Below, in pieces: positions 40,001 to 51,200 of a DNA stretch of 64,000 nt. Origin of the DNA: an uncultured Planctomycetia bacterium (GTDB lineage: Bacteria > Omnitrophota > Gorgyraeia > CAYWPX01); contig CAYWPX010000003.1 of assembly GCA_964460615.1 (NCBI GenBank), forward strand, positions 155,028 to 219,027. The letters run 5' to 3'. The number at the start of each line of letters is the position of its first letter. Position 1 is the first letter of the stretch. The position numbers and the translations under genes were made by a program. The notes under the pieces are model-generated. The model was not told the DNA's origin, did not search any database, and worked only from the letters and a program-made list of their open reading frames with translations.

Positions 40001-42266
40001 CTCCGGTAATCGACATGTAGCGGGTTGTGCTCTTTGTTGCATGAGCCTTATCATATACTTCAATTTCTCTAAATCCTGTATCGCCGGTACCTGTTGTTGC
40101 TACACTTAATCTAAGAGTAGTAGCACCTGCTACGGAAATATCATTAGGAATTAATATCTCATACCCTGTGCTGATAGGAAGGTACTGGACAGGTATGGTC
40201 CTAAGAACTGTTGAACCGGACATAAACTGTACATTAGCATTTGTAATCTTACCGGACATTTCATCTGCTTTATTTGAAACATTAGTATAAAGGACTATCT
40301 TCCTGATATCTTTACTCTCTGACCATGTCAGATCAACATTATAATTTTTGATAGAGGTGCTCCACGCGCCGGTAGCCCAGCTCGCACCATTACCTTCGGC
40401 ATAGTAATATGTGGTAGTTTTCATAGGGTCGCCATCGGTAAGCGAAGTAACCGTTGTCCCGTTGGCTTTTACGACTGCGGTCCTTGCGATATTGTCGGAT
40501 TCATCAAATGAATTTATATTTGTTGAATCGGTCTTCATCTGCCTTACATTACCGAACTTATCGTATACTTGATTGGTATATGAGGTTTCATAGGTATCAT
40601 AAATAGTGTTGTAAATTTCCACCTCACCGACCGCTGTATTAGTGTGCCTCTGTATATATACCCTCGAAACACCTTCTGTTGCGGCAAATTTAACATCTAC
40701 CTTATTTCCATCTGTATCAAAATAGTTGCTTTTATTTACAGCAAACTGCTTAAGTACATTACCGCTTACATCAAAGAGCGTTATATTCCACATACTGTCA
40801 TCATCAGATGCCGGATTCTCTTCTGTGTCTCTTTTGACGTCACGGATAATGATCCTGTCTAATGTTTTTACATTAGTACCATAATTAAACTGCATCCAAG
40901 CGGTATCATAAGCGCCTGATGCAGGTTTCCACTCACCGGCGTTATCTTTATAATTAAAGGCTCCATCGATCAAATTTAAATTTGAAGAGCCTGACGCAGT
41001 TGCACTTGTTGTGATACTGGCATAGCTTGCAACGTTTTTACTGCCTATACCGCCTACACTAATATCTTTATTTATTGTGCCATCGGCATTATAGATAGTC
41101 TTTCTGGTATAGTTATTATCGCCGAGAGCAATATTGGGGTTAAAATACAAAGTTCCGTCGCTCTTAACGGCTCTGTTGGAAGTACTGCCCTGCCAAGTAG
41201 TAATAACATTGTCTTTCGAATCAAGCTCATATTTGAAGAATATAGTGTTGCCCAATGAATCAATAGCTTTTGTAACTCTGCCGTTTTCATCAAAGTAGGT
41301 TATTGAGATCCTGCCGTTATCGCCCTGCTCATAAGAAACTGCTATATTACCTTTGGAATCATAATCATAACTTCTCTTAACATGCTTAAGAGTATTATCA
41401 ACTCCAAGGAATGGATTGGTCATGAGAACATCGGAAGTATAAGTAGCCCCTCCTGGTGTAACACTGCCTGAAATAGTACCGGATCCCTGATAACTTATTA
41501 CTGATGTAGAGTATTTATAATTTCCCTTTATTTTCCCGGACATCAGACTTACTGCCTCAGAGTTCATGCCATTATCCACGGCTTCTATCATTTCACCTAA
41601 ATCATCAAATTTATAGCAAGATATATACTGCGTAAGAACAGTAGAGGTAACTCCGCTTGCTTCTTCATAAGAATCCTTAAGCATAGAGGTAAGATCATAA
41701 TGCGATACAACTTTGCCGCTGGCGTCTGTTTCATAAATAAAGTAATGATTTCTACCCTGGCTGTCTGTCATGCTTGTGGCCCTGCCATTTACCTCATCCT
41801 GGAAATACGTGACTTTGGAAGCGTCATCAGAATAAACTTTTAAGTTTGAATTTGTAAATGAGGCACCTGAGGTTTCAAGCTTGATTGAATGGCTGCCCGC
41901 TTTCAGTAGATAAGTGTAATATCTTGTCTTCTGTATACCCTGGTCAACTGCGCCCCTGAAAGATGATGGGCTCTTAAATGCGGATATCTTTGCTCCGTCT
42001 ATAGAAATCTGTAGTTCACTATCGGCGGCCGCCAATGCTGTGATCTCTATTGTAACCAAAGTCTCGGTGGCTACGTTTATATTTAAAGTTTTTGAAGCAC
42101 TAACTAAAGGTAATGTTTCACCGGTAATCAGAGTGGTATAAGGAACTGCCGCAAACGCCCCGCCATAAAGCGCTGTTTCAACTTTTTCGTATCGTTTTAT
42201 AAGATCGCCTTTAGAATCTCTGAAGTTCTTATAGTATGTCTTTCTTCCATTTTTATCCTGAACGCT
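1..42266 (-). CDS. In-frame continuation of the giant ORF beyond the TAG: at least 14,088 sense codons in the same frame (mod 3) with no stop, 3' end beyond the window start. Either read-through of the same gene or a second giant gene.
   Basis: Full manual codon-by-codon translation of the reverse complement from 42266 down to 1. Spot checks at 42181-42266, 39570, 33000, 30000, 29400, 21000, 17880, 12840, 11760, 7020-7300 and 1-182 all lie in the same frame as the upstream ORF and are stop-free. The ORF track lists no minus ORF in this frame or frame 1 across 42 kb of AT-rich DNA, only five short frame-2 ORFs. That is expected if this frame-0 ORF has no stop in the window and is therefore not listed. 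Confidence 0.75.
600..4700 (-). repeat. Degenerate nucleotide-level tandem repeats (unit about 620-660 nt, about 6 copies) encoding paired Ig-like modules
   Basis: The recurring plus-strand motif …cttcgctcttatataag… (antisense of LYKSEGH) appears at about 1880, 2535, 3165, 3780 and 4440. The flanking stretches tgtctgtatctctatc… and …gtccagttaag… repeat at the same phase. Confidence 0.5.
7085..7170 (-). other. Internal signal-peptide-like segment (basic n-region, 13-residue hydrophobic core, AxA site)
   Basis: …RLRAGLLKAISKIANKRIVATILLGVTLLGNPAITTPAEA|LNLS…, verified codon by codon at 7020-7300. A TTG at 7134-7136 would give MKAISKIANKR… if used as an internal start. Confidence 0.5.
8118..8135 (-). 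other. Second HExxH motif (HEMMEH)
   Basis: ALFRQVLHEMMEHTAVLGEP, verified at 8101-8140. Could be a metal site or chance. Confidence 0.25.
8650..9620 (-). other. Possible alpha/alpha-toroid (six-hairpin glycosidase or epimerase-like) domain
   Basis: SWTYDVGVTGISLVASG…AGNIAVGPVSWNIMFLTNLYE…EWVSQFQ…HNATAGAALIKLG…GGMWTGENF, with W/G-rich helical hairpins. Low-confidence fold guess. Confidence 0.25.
11060..11830 (-). other. PHP-family phosphoesterase domain (CpsB/YwqE-like tyrosine phosphatase or Pol-X PHP fold)
   Basis: GRVDMHYHTYYSDGNLTP…GIIDHNTF…ITGVEFD…VLVLPHP. Verified at 11760-11831. Confidence 0.6.
12800..13500 (-). other. PI3K/PI4K-like kinase catalytic core
   Basis: TILIDYMTQRFFALMGL (compare IFKxGDDLRQD), LRDSDRTPWNMMF (compare DRHxxN), IVHIDFGGTMF (HIDFG). 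Verified at 12840-12900. Confidence 0.45.
16600..17850 (-). other. C-terminal polytopic membrane region of the GT2 module (at least 7 predicted TM helices)
   Basis: ALWALGAFAATFGLLSLF, LPLNFVFVFYLIQALLY, PQFLVITVLTLMSPLIIFFV, FVSYSTLFYPALAIVAMW, LIPTIIGGALLTWAALSLSPFSIAVSGAYLLSPLISFW, APFVILLTGLFGNIF, VVWGAWVVGSLYALAYIVGPLISAGVGAI. Confidence 0.5.
17850..18580 (-). other. GT2-family processive beta-glycosyltransferase catalytic domain (cellulose-, chitin- or hyaluronan-synthase-like)
   Basis: NYRVIISSS…TDADDFLLLTDKDE (DxD) … VSEDLAFSLQ (TED-like) … TQFYVRHKKWSGG (QxxRW-like). Verified at 17880-17940 and 18331-18380. Confidence 0.6.
18620..18950 (-). other. Two N-terminal TM helices of the GT2 module
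   Basis: MEIIPGLGALFTFISKFIK…WGTIIGLSLSAAAMTIIPELK…IKLNLINIFAFWGIFWLYGAFNWVV. Confidence 0.5.
21900..22350 (-). other. Protein-kinase-like fold 2 (aminoglycoside-phosphotransferase-like Brenner motif)
   Basis: LVGSGATNPVYSKDGSNFVIK … YVDLDITRFADNYGVDENGNVVIIDVEA (hxDxxxxN…IDxE pattern). Confidence 0.35.
22600..23200 (-). other. Protein-kinase-like fold 1 (putative)
   Basis: Gly-rich loop plus Lys: LASGAEAEVFEIAGEKYVVKVV. Catalytic-loop-like: GIIDLDGKRMLNYGV…GDVKGYDYH. Confidence 0.3.
24358..24375 (-). other. HExxH zinc-binding motif (HEAEH), possible zincin-like metallopeptidase
   Basis: KEQKVAFLKMILVHEAEHLNTTGFNPAVSEIM, verified at 24354-24390. Motif only. Confidence 0.3.
27600..29540 (-). 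other. SecA-like DEAD motor ATPase domain (SF2 fold) embedded in the giant ORF
   Basis: Motifs verified by direct translation. NAVLFNSIIAQVEAMRGFTIGMRNDVNVIRAIAELAYNGADNFFRIPAGTGKTDVIFAIATV (compare SecA FGMRHFDVQ…EMRTGEGKTL). KANFISDEADTSF (DEAD box, compare SecA VDEVDSIL). FSGFSGTLDS (compare GMTGTA). FTLGATRGIDVVFNGN (compare TNMAGRGTDIVLGGN). VEVHAITDKFSKATDIEQLLNRDRGVRLGGKFVYAYTAED (compare [39 protein letters not shown]). Confidence 0.6.
29900..31700 (-). other. Long low-complexity, N/S/T/A/L-rich predicted alpha-helical fibrous tract of about 600 aa
   Basis: …SLNYLITNGSLRLTNTGISIDGLSAVSEVITQVANSIATLENANLSSVNIAQLDAIKVTLINTQVNITSQMQASLSRSNIDINNAAALLSNATAALDILTNG…. Confidence 0.45.
31700..32640 (-). 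other. Glycine/alanine-rich hydrophobic core with many GxxxG/AxxxG motifs (phage tape-measure TP901-core-like)
   Basis: GAVDVVWGGLMTAGVGAGIKLLTGTASQVTVGAALAGLRGAITTGITNLSLKFATTATLEQALGRIAVGALQAGINIGKNLAINFATTVGTSG…GALGVGFWGAGQMGLFKPLSGAFNYLGQTF…. Confidence 0.4.
33690..34140 (-). other. Coiled-coil segment of about 150 aa
   Basis: LEANFNKLSSSIGASQDKLNAALAKVPAKY…NNVSTSVNNLNNSLKGLSNSINAAGKRLNTAIINAQKAEIVAKFAK, with heptad-like N/S/L/A periodicity. Confidence 0.5.
36850..37060 (-). other. Internal cluster of 2-3 predicted transmembrane helices
   Basis: MSREEMMRTRGACSFIAIIFVAATAYAVSPTV…IVINIAIQIVVNALIPGAGFWWALARVTATAALNSWIF. Confidence 0.5.
37885..38810 (-). other. Two DUF4214-like motifs (LGRxPxxxE/G…) in an uncharacterised extracellular-type region
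   Basis: IIDAIYKLFLGRAPTAAELAQSF (38735-38810) and IDEAIRKVFFDILGRYPTEVGGAAELTNF (37885-37970). Confidence 0.3.
39570..41030 (-). other. Three tandem discoidin (F5/8 type C, galactose-binding-like) domains
   Basis: SNLNLIDGAFNYKDNAGEWKPASGAYDTAWMQFNYG…VGEVEIY; GNGASWATGAWSTSIKNYNVDLTW…GFREIEVYD; NAYYGGNVIDGSLATRKWMGAWAS…GFKEIETYG. Verified by direct translation of 40921-41020, 40051-40080 and 39854-39900. Confidence 0.55.
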
Positions 42267-42269
42267 CTA
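42267..42269 (-). other. Single in-frame TAG inside a YD-repeat (…ITTYNIYGDM-TAG-SVQDKNGRKTYYKNFRDSKGDLIKRYEK…)
   Basis: Verified by reverse-complementing 42181-42281. The same frame and repeat register continue on both sides. The next in-frame ATG is 166 codons downstream (41769-41771). Confidence 0.9.
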
Positions 42270-45200
42270 CATATCGCCATAAATATTATACGTAGTTATG
42301 CTGTCAACATAATTAACCCCGGATGCATTTGTTTTCGTCTGCGTAGCAGTTAAAATATTACCCTTTGCGTCTTTTGTATAACTGAATTTTGTGATATTAC
42401 CGTTATTATCTATTGATTGCAGGTTATCACCGCTTCGCGGATCCATTACTACTCTTTCAACCTTATTGTTTCTTGCCGGGGTTGTATTTATTACTTCGGT
42501 GATCTCGCCTCTATAATTCCTGTTATAAGTAATATTTTTGACAATTCCGTATTCATTGGTCGATGCTATCGGATTACCCAAGAGATCATACTCAATGGTG
42601 CCGGTTGCAACAAACTGCTCATCGCCGGTAGTAATATCCTTACCGATCTTTTTGTATTCTATTCTCTTTTTAATATCTCCGGTTGCAAATCTTTCATAAC
42701 CAATCCTTGTTTCTGCGCCGTTCTGGTCAATAATGGATACCAGGCTGCCATCCTCAAAGAATTTCTGGCTATAGTTCGTAACCTGGTCATTTGCATCTAT
42801 CACGCCATCGCAATTTATGTCAGTATCTCTGTAGCTTGCTTTCTCTATGGAACTGGTGACATTGCCAAGGGCGTCCTTAAGATATGCGTATTCTGTAACC
42901 CTGCTATTCTTATCGGTAAATTTTACAACGTCCCCTTCCAGATTGTACTCAGTATCTTCATAGAAGGTTATAGTCTGGTCCGCAACTCCGTCCTGGTTTA
43001 TGTCATCTTTATAGGTAGTAGTTCTTCTCATCTTTGTTGTATTACCGAGAGAATCATTGGTATAAGTAAAGGTGATTGTCTTATTGAACTGCGCGTCAGT
43101 TCCTTTGCGGTCTTCGACTTCGCTCATTACTGCGCCGTTTATATAGAAATTCTTTGTCTTTTTGACTTCTATGTATTCATAGGTACCGTCGTTATTAATA
43201 TCCTCATGTCGGGTAGTCGTCTCATGGCTTGCTATGACATTTAATTTGTTATCCCATTCATAAGTGAATGAGCTGTTATTTCCGTTTTTATCCGTAAGGG
43301 CCTTTATTGATCCGTCAGCATTATAGTAGGTAGTCATGCTGTATGAATAAGGATCCGTTGCCCCTCCTTCATATGAGAAAAAGGTCTGGGTGATCCTTGT
43401 CCTGTTACCTTTATAATCCTTGTTGTACTGATAATAGATCCTGTTGCCCTTATTGTCTTTTGAATAATCAAGCTCCCCGACCATGGTAAGATCGCCGTAA
43501 GTGTTAATAGAGCCTGTTTCGGTAACAAAGTATTTATCCAGATACTTGGAATCAAGCTGGCCATTGCTGTTTGTATCTTCGCCGGCATCAAGAACGCCAT
43601 TACCGTTTACATCCTCGCCTCTAAATGCCCAGTCTGTTTCCCTGACTGAAGCGACATTGCCCTTGTCGTCAAATGCATAGTTGCTATACATGGTCTTATG
43701 GCCATTCTCATCTATCAATGCCTTTATCTGCCCGATCCAGCCGGCTTTTTGACTGGCCGGTACAGAAGCGGGAACAGTTGATTCTACATAATATTCATAA
43801 CCTTTAACGTTGGTGATTACATTGCTTGCATTGGTAGGATCGGTGTATGTCATCGAGGTATACATATATTTCGTTCTACCGCTTGCTGAGTCTTTTAAAT
43901 AACTATATTTTGTACTAATACCATTTTCATCTACGGACTCTATCATCTCGGAATTATTGTTGTACTCTTTGGATGAAGAGACAACAAAATACGCCGGGTC
44001 AGTTGAATGCGCCGTATATTCTTCCTTTGACACGCTTACGACTTCTGCTCCTGACCTCTTGTAGTAAATTTTCTGCACAGTCTTAGAATAACCTATAGCA
44101 TAGTTATTATAACCGTTCGCGTCAGTCGGATACTCAAAATAGTACATAATTTCATTCTTATCTTTAATAAGCGTTATTTTTCCATCTGCATCGTAGTAAG
44201 ATGTCTGGGCCCCGTAATAAGATCTCTTGTCTTTGGTGATCGTGTAATCAAGATTGCCGTCATCTTTATATACATATGTAATAACAGAATCATATGATTC
44301 ATAAGAAACTGCCCTCTGTTCTCCGTCAACATCAGCATATCTTGTGAGAGAAGTGACTCCCTGTGCAAGCGCATTAGGCCTATTGGGATTTGACTCTGTG
44401 GTATTGATCAGCTTGCCTGTCGCGGAATCGTAATAATAGAGCGTCCTTGGATGAATATTTGATTTGTATGTCGTATCCGCCCCTAAGCTGTAGATCACGG
44501 CTACCTTTTCGGAATTACCCGTTCCCTGGAATACGGTGACGGTCCTTTCAACAGAGCCATCCATAAGCTTTCTAACGCTTATGCAATAGTCCATATCTGC
44601 GTTATCCGAACCGGCTTCATCACTATCAATATCAAGAGTAATGCCTGTGAGATTAAGGGTGGCTCCTATGACATTAGGATCCGGAGTAATTTCGCCCTTA
44701 TAGAAATAATAAGTTTCCATTGAATTTGAAGGATCGATCATCCTGACCATTCTCTCGTTGCCGGATGTGCCCTCGTAGAAATATGTCACCAACGTCTCCT
44801 GGCCTCTGGAATCAGTAGACTGCTCTTTAGCGGTTGCAAGGACTCCATTGACATAAACATAAGTCCTTGTTGTTTCAGGAGTGGCGCTGCCGTTAAAGAA
44901 TTCCTGTTTTTCAACCCTGCCGTCTGCTACCGAGAAATAACTCTTGTTAAGCAGGTTATCAACAGTCAAACTTGCTCCTTTATACTTGGCCACTGTAATA
45001 AGCCTATCCGTATATGTAGCGTCATAAGTGTTGACGAGCCAATATTTCTGGTTTCCTTTAATGACATTGTTGGAAGCGTCAAGAGAAGCTTCGAATATAT
45101 TGAGAGGGCTGCTGTTTGTATCATAATAAGTCAATTCATTCTGGCTAGGATCGTATACGCTATCCAGCTTATCGCTTGTTGTATTGTAAAAATAGATGCC

Positions 45201-48200
45201 TTTTATCTTATCGTTTTCATCCTTAACGGTGACTTTTTTGACTTTTGCTATGCCATTTACGGTTTCATACTCATAAGTTGTAACGTTTTTATAACTCTTG
45301 AAGGAAACATCTGATATGTAGTCATAATAGACTATCTCTTCAGATTTAACGAGCCTTCCTGACTGGTAAGTATAAAGATAAGACCTTACTCTATATTGAT
45401 TACTTAGCGCTATAGCCGCATCCAGAGTACCGTCCTGATCAATGTCCTCACCGGCGTCAATTACAGCATCATTATCGAGGTCTTCTCCCAGCATATTACC
45501 TTTGTAAACCACTAAAACCTGGCCAAAGTTATCAAGGGTGCTGGTTTCATTCTTATAGTAGTTATAAATTTTTGAAATAGCTTCTCTGTCGCTGTCATAG
45601 GCATATCTGACTTTATCTGTTACATTACCCATTTTATCTTTTATTACTACTATTTTATTGATAAGTTTTTTATTACCTGTTGCGGAATTATAATATAAAT
45701 CTGAAATAACTGTACCGTTAGCTACGCCTGAATCATTGTACCTGGTCTCGGTAATATTGGTGACATTCCCTGTTGTAGCATTGTAGGTGTAAGCGTATGA
45801 ATTTCTCAAGTCCGCAGCAACTTTTGTCTTATTGGGCGTATAATCATTATTATAGACTGATGTCACTTCACCGGAATAAGCATCAAAGAAACTTGTTGTG
45901 TTTGACGCCTTATTATAAGAAGATATCAGCCTGCCTGAATCGGTATTGTAATAATTTTTAATAACATTTCCGGTAGAATCCGTCATTTCAGTATGCTCAA
46001 CAGAATTACCGGAATAGAAATAAGTAGTAGTAGATGTCTGCGTAATAACATTATTGTAGCTATCTTTATCATAATTGTTTGATGTAACTGTCCTTATAAG
46101 GTTATTGGTATCATAGGTATAAGCATAATCAGCCAAAAGTGCATAATTTACTCCCACCGGCGCCACTCCTGTATAGGCAGTAGAACCAAGATACCTGTAA
46201 ATAGCTACGGGGTTGCCGGTATTATCAAATTCTGTAACCTGCTTGTCCCTTTCTGAATAGCTTCTTAAAAGCGCTCCGTAGTTGGCCGTTACATCAAAAT
46301 AATAATAAGTTTTCCAGTTATCGCTGTCAGTGATGTAATAATTCTGGACGAATGTATAACCTCCAACAGTTGTATAGTTATAAGTTGTAGTTGAGGTTGT
46401 AGTTAATGTCTCTCCGCCGCCATTTACCTTGTCATATGAGGTCTCGGTAGATGTGCTGATATTATAGACATTTGCAGTAAAGGTATAAGTATAATGCTTT
46501 AACTGGTAGTATTCGCCAGTTCCAAGGCCATTCTGGTCATAATAAATATCTGATGGCTGCCCTTTTTCAATACCGGTCGTATAATATAATGTTGTCCTCT
46601 TCCTGGATAAGTCGTGTGATTTAGTCAGAATGCCATTTGTATAGGTATAGGTAGTTCTATTATTAAATCTATCGGTATAAGCTGTTAAATTGCCGTCTTC
46701 ATCGTACTCTCTTATGCTAAGGCCATTTCCGTTTACCTTATCATATTCTTTTATTGTCTGAAGGGTTAATTTGCTGTCAAATGTATACTCATAATGATAT
46801 AACCATCCAGATAACTTAAGCGCATTTTCATCGGGAGTAGTAGAGTAAGTCCCTTTATAAACATCTCTGGGCTGATTCTTATCATCATAATATGTAAACT
46901 GCTTTTTAGTCTGGTCAAATGAGAAAGCAAGACCGTTAGTATTGTAGAAATAATCAGTTCTTGCGCCATTCTTATCGATGATGCACATAAGGTTGCCGTT
47001 AAAATTATTGGTCAGGTACCCGCGCTTAGTAAAAAGATTGGCATATGTTCCGGTCTGAGGATTAAAGGTGGAAAGATCTGTGCCTATGGCGTAATTACTC
47101 ATATCATATTCGTAAGATATGAATTTTACGTCATTGGACCTTATGGTATCAGATATAGATGAATATACATAATATTTGCTGACAGGGACATTATAAGTAG
47201 TTCCAGAATTCCATCCATATACATAATCAGCCACTCTCTGAGTAGCATCAAGCGGATTGTCCTTATAATAGGTTCTCAAAGCACCCGCGCCGTCTACACC
47301 ATTTGGCTTATAGGTTGTGTAGCTAAGCTTACCGCCGGAATATACATAATCCGTTACGGCGCCATTCTGATTAATAGAGCTTACTACATCGCCTACTGTG
47401 GCTGTATAGCCATTTGTGTTTGTCTTATAGATTGACTTATCATAAACATAATAATATTTTCCGCTTCTGTAGAAATATATATCACCGGCTACCGGCACAG
47501 TATCAGAAGGTTTCGTCATATCAAATCTAATAGATGTCTCCATCTCCAGATTATTTCCATAAACAGAGAATGTATATTCATAGTGGTATAACTGTTTCGT
47601 AAGGTCGCCGTAAACGCCGGCATAAGTATCCTCAACAAAATTATCCTTATTGAAATAATCTGTAGTCTTAGCATTAGTTGTCGGGTCGGTTTTTTCTATG
47701 GCATAGCTTACTCCGACCAGTGACTCCGTATCGTAGTAATATTTATATCTTCCTAATACAGTTGTTCCATTATTGTCATAGGCAATTACCGTATCTATCT
47801 TTCCGTAACTATTAAAGGTAGTGACATTATATTTCTGTGTACCTGTTATATACTCAGTCTGGCTAAGGACATCTCCGAGGTTGCCGTTGGCATCACTATA
47901 AGCATAAGAATATGTCTTCTTTAAAACGTACGCTGTGCTGACCCACTCATAATATTCAGTCATCAACCCGCGTTTATTATAAACGATCTTTTTATTCGGA
48001 GACCCTGTTTTGTCTTCCGAATAAAGCAAATATCCTTCAGCATCATAGGTGTATTGGATATTATCTATTTTAGTCCTGTCAGTCTCAACCCTATTGAAAG
48101 ACCTGTAGACTTTTCCTATATTGGCCGAACCTGCATCATCGTCATTATTATAGTAAAATTTAGTTGTTACAGTCGGCTGAACAGTAATGCCGGCCTTATA

Positions 48201-51200
48201 AAATTCGGTTGCCATACCAACCTTTGTGCCGGTTACTGTCCCGTTCACACTACCTTCATAATCTGCGCTGAATAAAGTGGTAACATTGCCGGGATACAAA
48301 CCTTTATAATCATCAGCAACCTGCGACCTGCCCGTGACTGTAGATGAGGTAAACCTAATATTATCAATAAAAGCGTTTGCTCCGGTTGTAGTAACGGTGT
48401 ATACATTTCCTATTCTGAACTTTGGATATGTAGTGCTGGATATAGTGGTAGGATAATAGAAAGTTGTGGTATTGTCCCTGTAAGCCCTCTGCTCACCATT
48501 AACATATAATGCTACAAATTTAGTTGTAGCGCTAAAATTCCATGTTACTGTTAACTTGTACCATTCACCAACTTCTACATTGCCATTCATGGCAATTTCA
48601 GTCTTGCTTGTACCATTACCCATGGTAAAAATAAAACCTTTTACTTTGCCGCCTCCGATACTGGTCGGGTCAAACGCCAGTCTTAAATGTTGTTCAGTCC
48701 CGCCCGTTCCTCCGGCCCCAAGATAAAAGTAGTTGTGAACTGATGTTACATCCATTGGTTTTACCCACATATCCAATGTACCTGTGGCAAATGTAGAGAG
48801 TATGCCTGTCCTTGAATAATCAACTGCCTGGTTATTGCCTATGAATAAGGATTGCCCTGTTGCTTTCTTTTCAAAATATTTTTCAACCGATCTTTTTATA
48901 GCCCCTTTTGAATCCATATAATAATTATAGTGGACCAGATGGGTTTCTGGAGACAGATAGCCATTGAGATTCATTATAAAATTATTATATCCCCTGTAAT
49001 CCCCCTTATAAACATCTGTTACATTTCCAGTGGCGTCATAAAAAGTTGTCTGGCCGTTAAATTCGTCATATATAGTCCTCAAATCACCCATATGCTGCAC
49101 ACCATTGATCCAAACGGGCGTGTATTCATAGTAAAATTTATTATTATTATTATCTATTACCTCGACAATTTTCCCTTCATTAATATCATAAATGTTAGTC
49201 GTAACATCATCCATCACTTGCCCGCCGTCTACCGTGACTTTTCTTGTATCTTTTCTCTGGATGATATTGCCGTTCTCGTCAAAGGTATAATCATAGTGAT
49301 AAAGCAGATTGGCGGGAAGTTTTGCGGCATCGCCGTTTCCTTTATATATATCAGTCACATTGGCTTTATCATCATAATATGATGTCTGATTATTCTTCTG
49401 GTCATAGACATATTTCAGATTCCCAAAATTATCATACTCATAAGCATAGGTTCTATTATTCAATACATCAAGTTGGGTCTTGGATTTGCCGCGCTTTGCC
49501 GCAACATCTGTATAGGCCGGATCACCGGTTCTGCCGTTATAATAAGTCGTGTCATAGGTCTCTGATAAGGTAATTAATCCGCCCTTAGCGATGTTACCTG
49601 TTATAGCAACTCTCCCCGTTGCTGAATTAGTACCTTCAAAATCATCAAAGAATGTCTGTCCTGTTGCCCCAAACAATGGTGTAGAGAGATAATCTTCCTT
49701 AAGCTGATCCAATGTCTTACCATAATTAAACCCGACTATATTATCAACCGTGCCGTTCAATCCCCTCGAAGTCGCATTTACACTACCGTTTCCAAAGTAA
49801 AACGTTGATGGAAGTGACGGTGTGGCAAATGTTGCACTCCCTATAAGCGTACCGTCAATATAAGCGTAGAATCTGCCGCCTGACCAGGTTATGGCAAAGT
49901 GATGCCATTTGTTATTGAAGTTTGCAAATTTGAACGGGCTATCATCGGCAGGGGCATCAAGGTCCAATGTGACGGCATTTGTCTCATTAACGCCATATCT
50001 GAAATATATCTTATTATTAGCAGTACCAGCTTTTCTCATGTAGATACCAAGATAACTTGTACTACTTACCGTATCAGTGGTAGCGCATTTCAATATAGAT
50101 GTATCCTTACCTGATGCCCACTCAGGCTGATACCAGAATTCAACCGTTCCCTGGCTATAGTTCGTAACTAATTGCTTATCGTACCTTATACCTGTGTTTG
50201 TAAAATCTTCATTGCCATAACCGCCGCTACTGGCTCCTTCAAGCCTCTTATAGCCGATCTTTCTGTCTTTTAGCAAAATATAGTTATAATCTGAAGCAAA
50301 ATCAGATGCTGAGTAAACATACCTGTAAAGAAGATCGGTTACTGATGGGTTGGCGCTATTTCCCTTATAAACACTCTTCAAAAGCCCAGCATTATTATAA
50401 AAACTGGTTGTATCGTTATACTGATCGTAGATGTAATTAAGCTTATTAAACTTGGCCTTATCGGGTGTAGGATCAGCCGGGTTGGACTGATAATAATAAA
50501 AATATTCATGTCCAGCCTTATCCGTTACTTTGGATATCCTGCCGATTGAATCAAAATCAGTTGTATTTGTTTCCGTAGCGGTTACCGTACCTGAAGCGAT
50601 ATATCTGGTTTCGACTGATCTTGTTATTTGGCCGCTTGCATCATATGTATAATCATAATGCGTTTTTAGTTTGCTAATATCTTTTGCTCCGAGATCGCCT
50701 TCATATATATCGCTGATATTATTTTTGGCGTCATAAAAATATGTTAAATTATTTTCTTCGCTGTATGAGCGGACAAGTTCGCCGGTAGACGTGTTGTAAT
50801 AGTGCCTTGTAATCTTGCCAGCCTTATCTTTGGCTTTTATCATCATCAGCCTGTATGGCTTTGTAGTGGTATAAACATATTCGATCTTTTTATTGATGGT
50901 CACTACCGTATTCAGGTTTTCTGTTGTTCCGTCATATTTATCAAGAACAAAAGTATCATAGGCGACTTCATCGTACCAGAGCATATTTCCGGTAGATTCA
51001 TCATACTCATAGTTATATGTAGCCTTCAATGTTCCGGAACCGGGAGTGGCGACATCACCAGCTTCAACTCTCCACACGACACCCTTTTCCAAACTATCCG
51101 TAACCATCGAATCATAATAGAAAGAAGTAGTATTCTCGGATTTAGTATAAGCCCTGTTTAGAAGATCTGTAACAGGATCATAATAATATTTAATACTTGG

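Noticed and set aside
2234-41293. Short minus-strand ORFs at 2234..2434, 4406..4630, 7658..7927, 38981..39166 and 41072..41293
   Set aside because: All are in frame 2 and overlap the open frame-0 giant ORF. They are chance ORFs.
41769-41771. First in-frame ATG after the TAG as the start of an independent second gene
   Set aside because: It lies 166 codons inside a continuing YD-repeat block, with no RBS and no signal peptide for the extracellular-type domains that follow. It is kept only as an alternative in the TAG finding.
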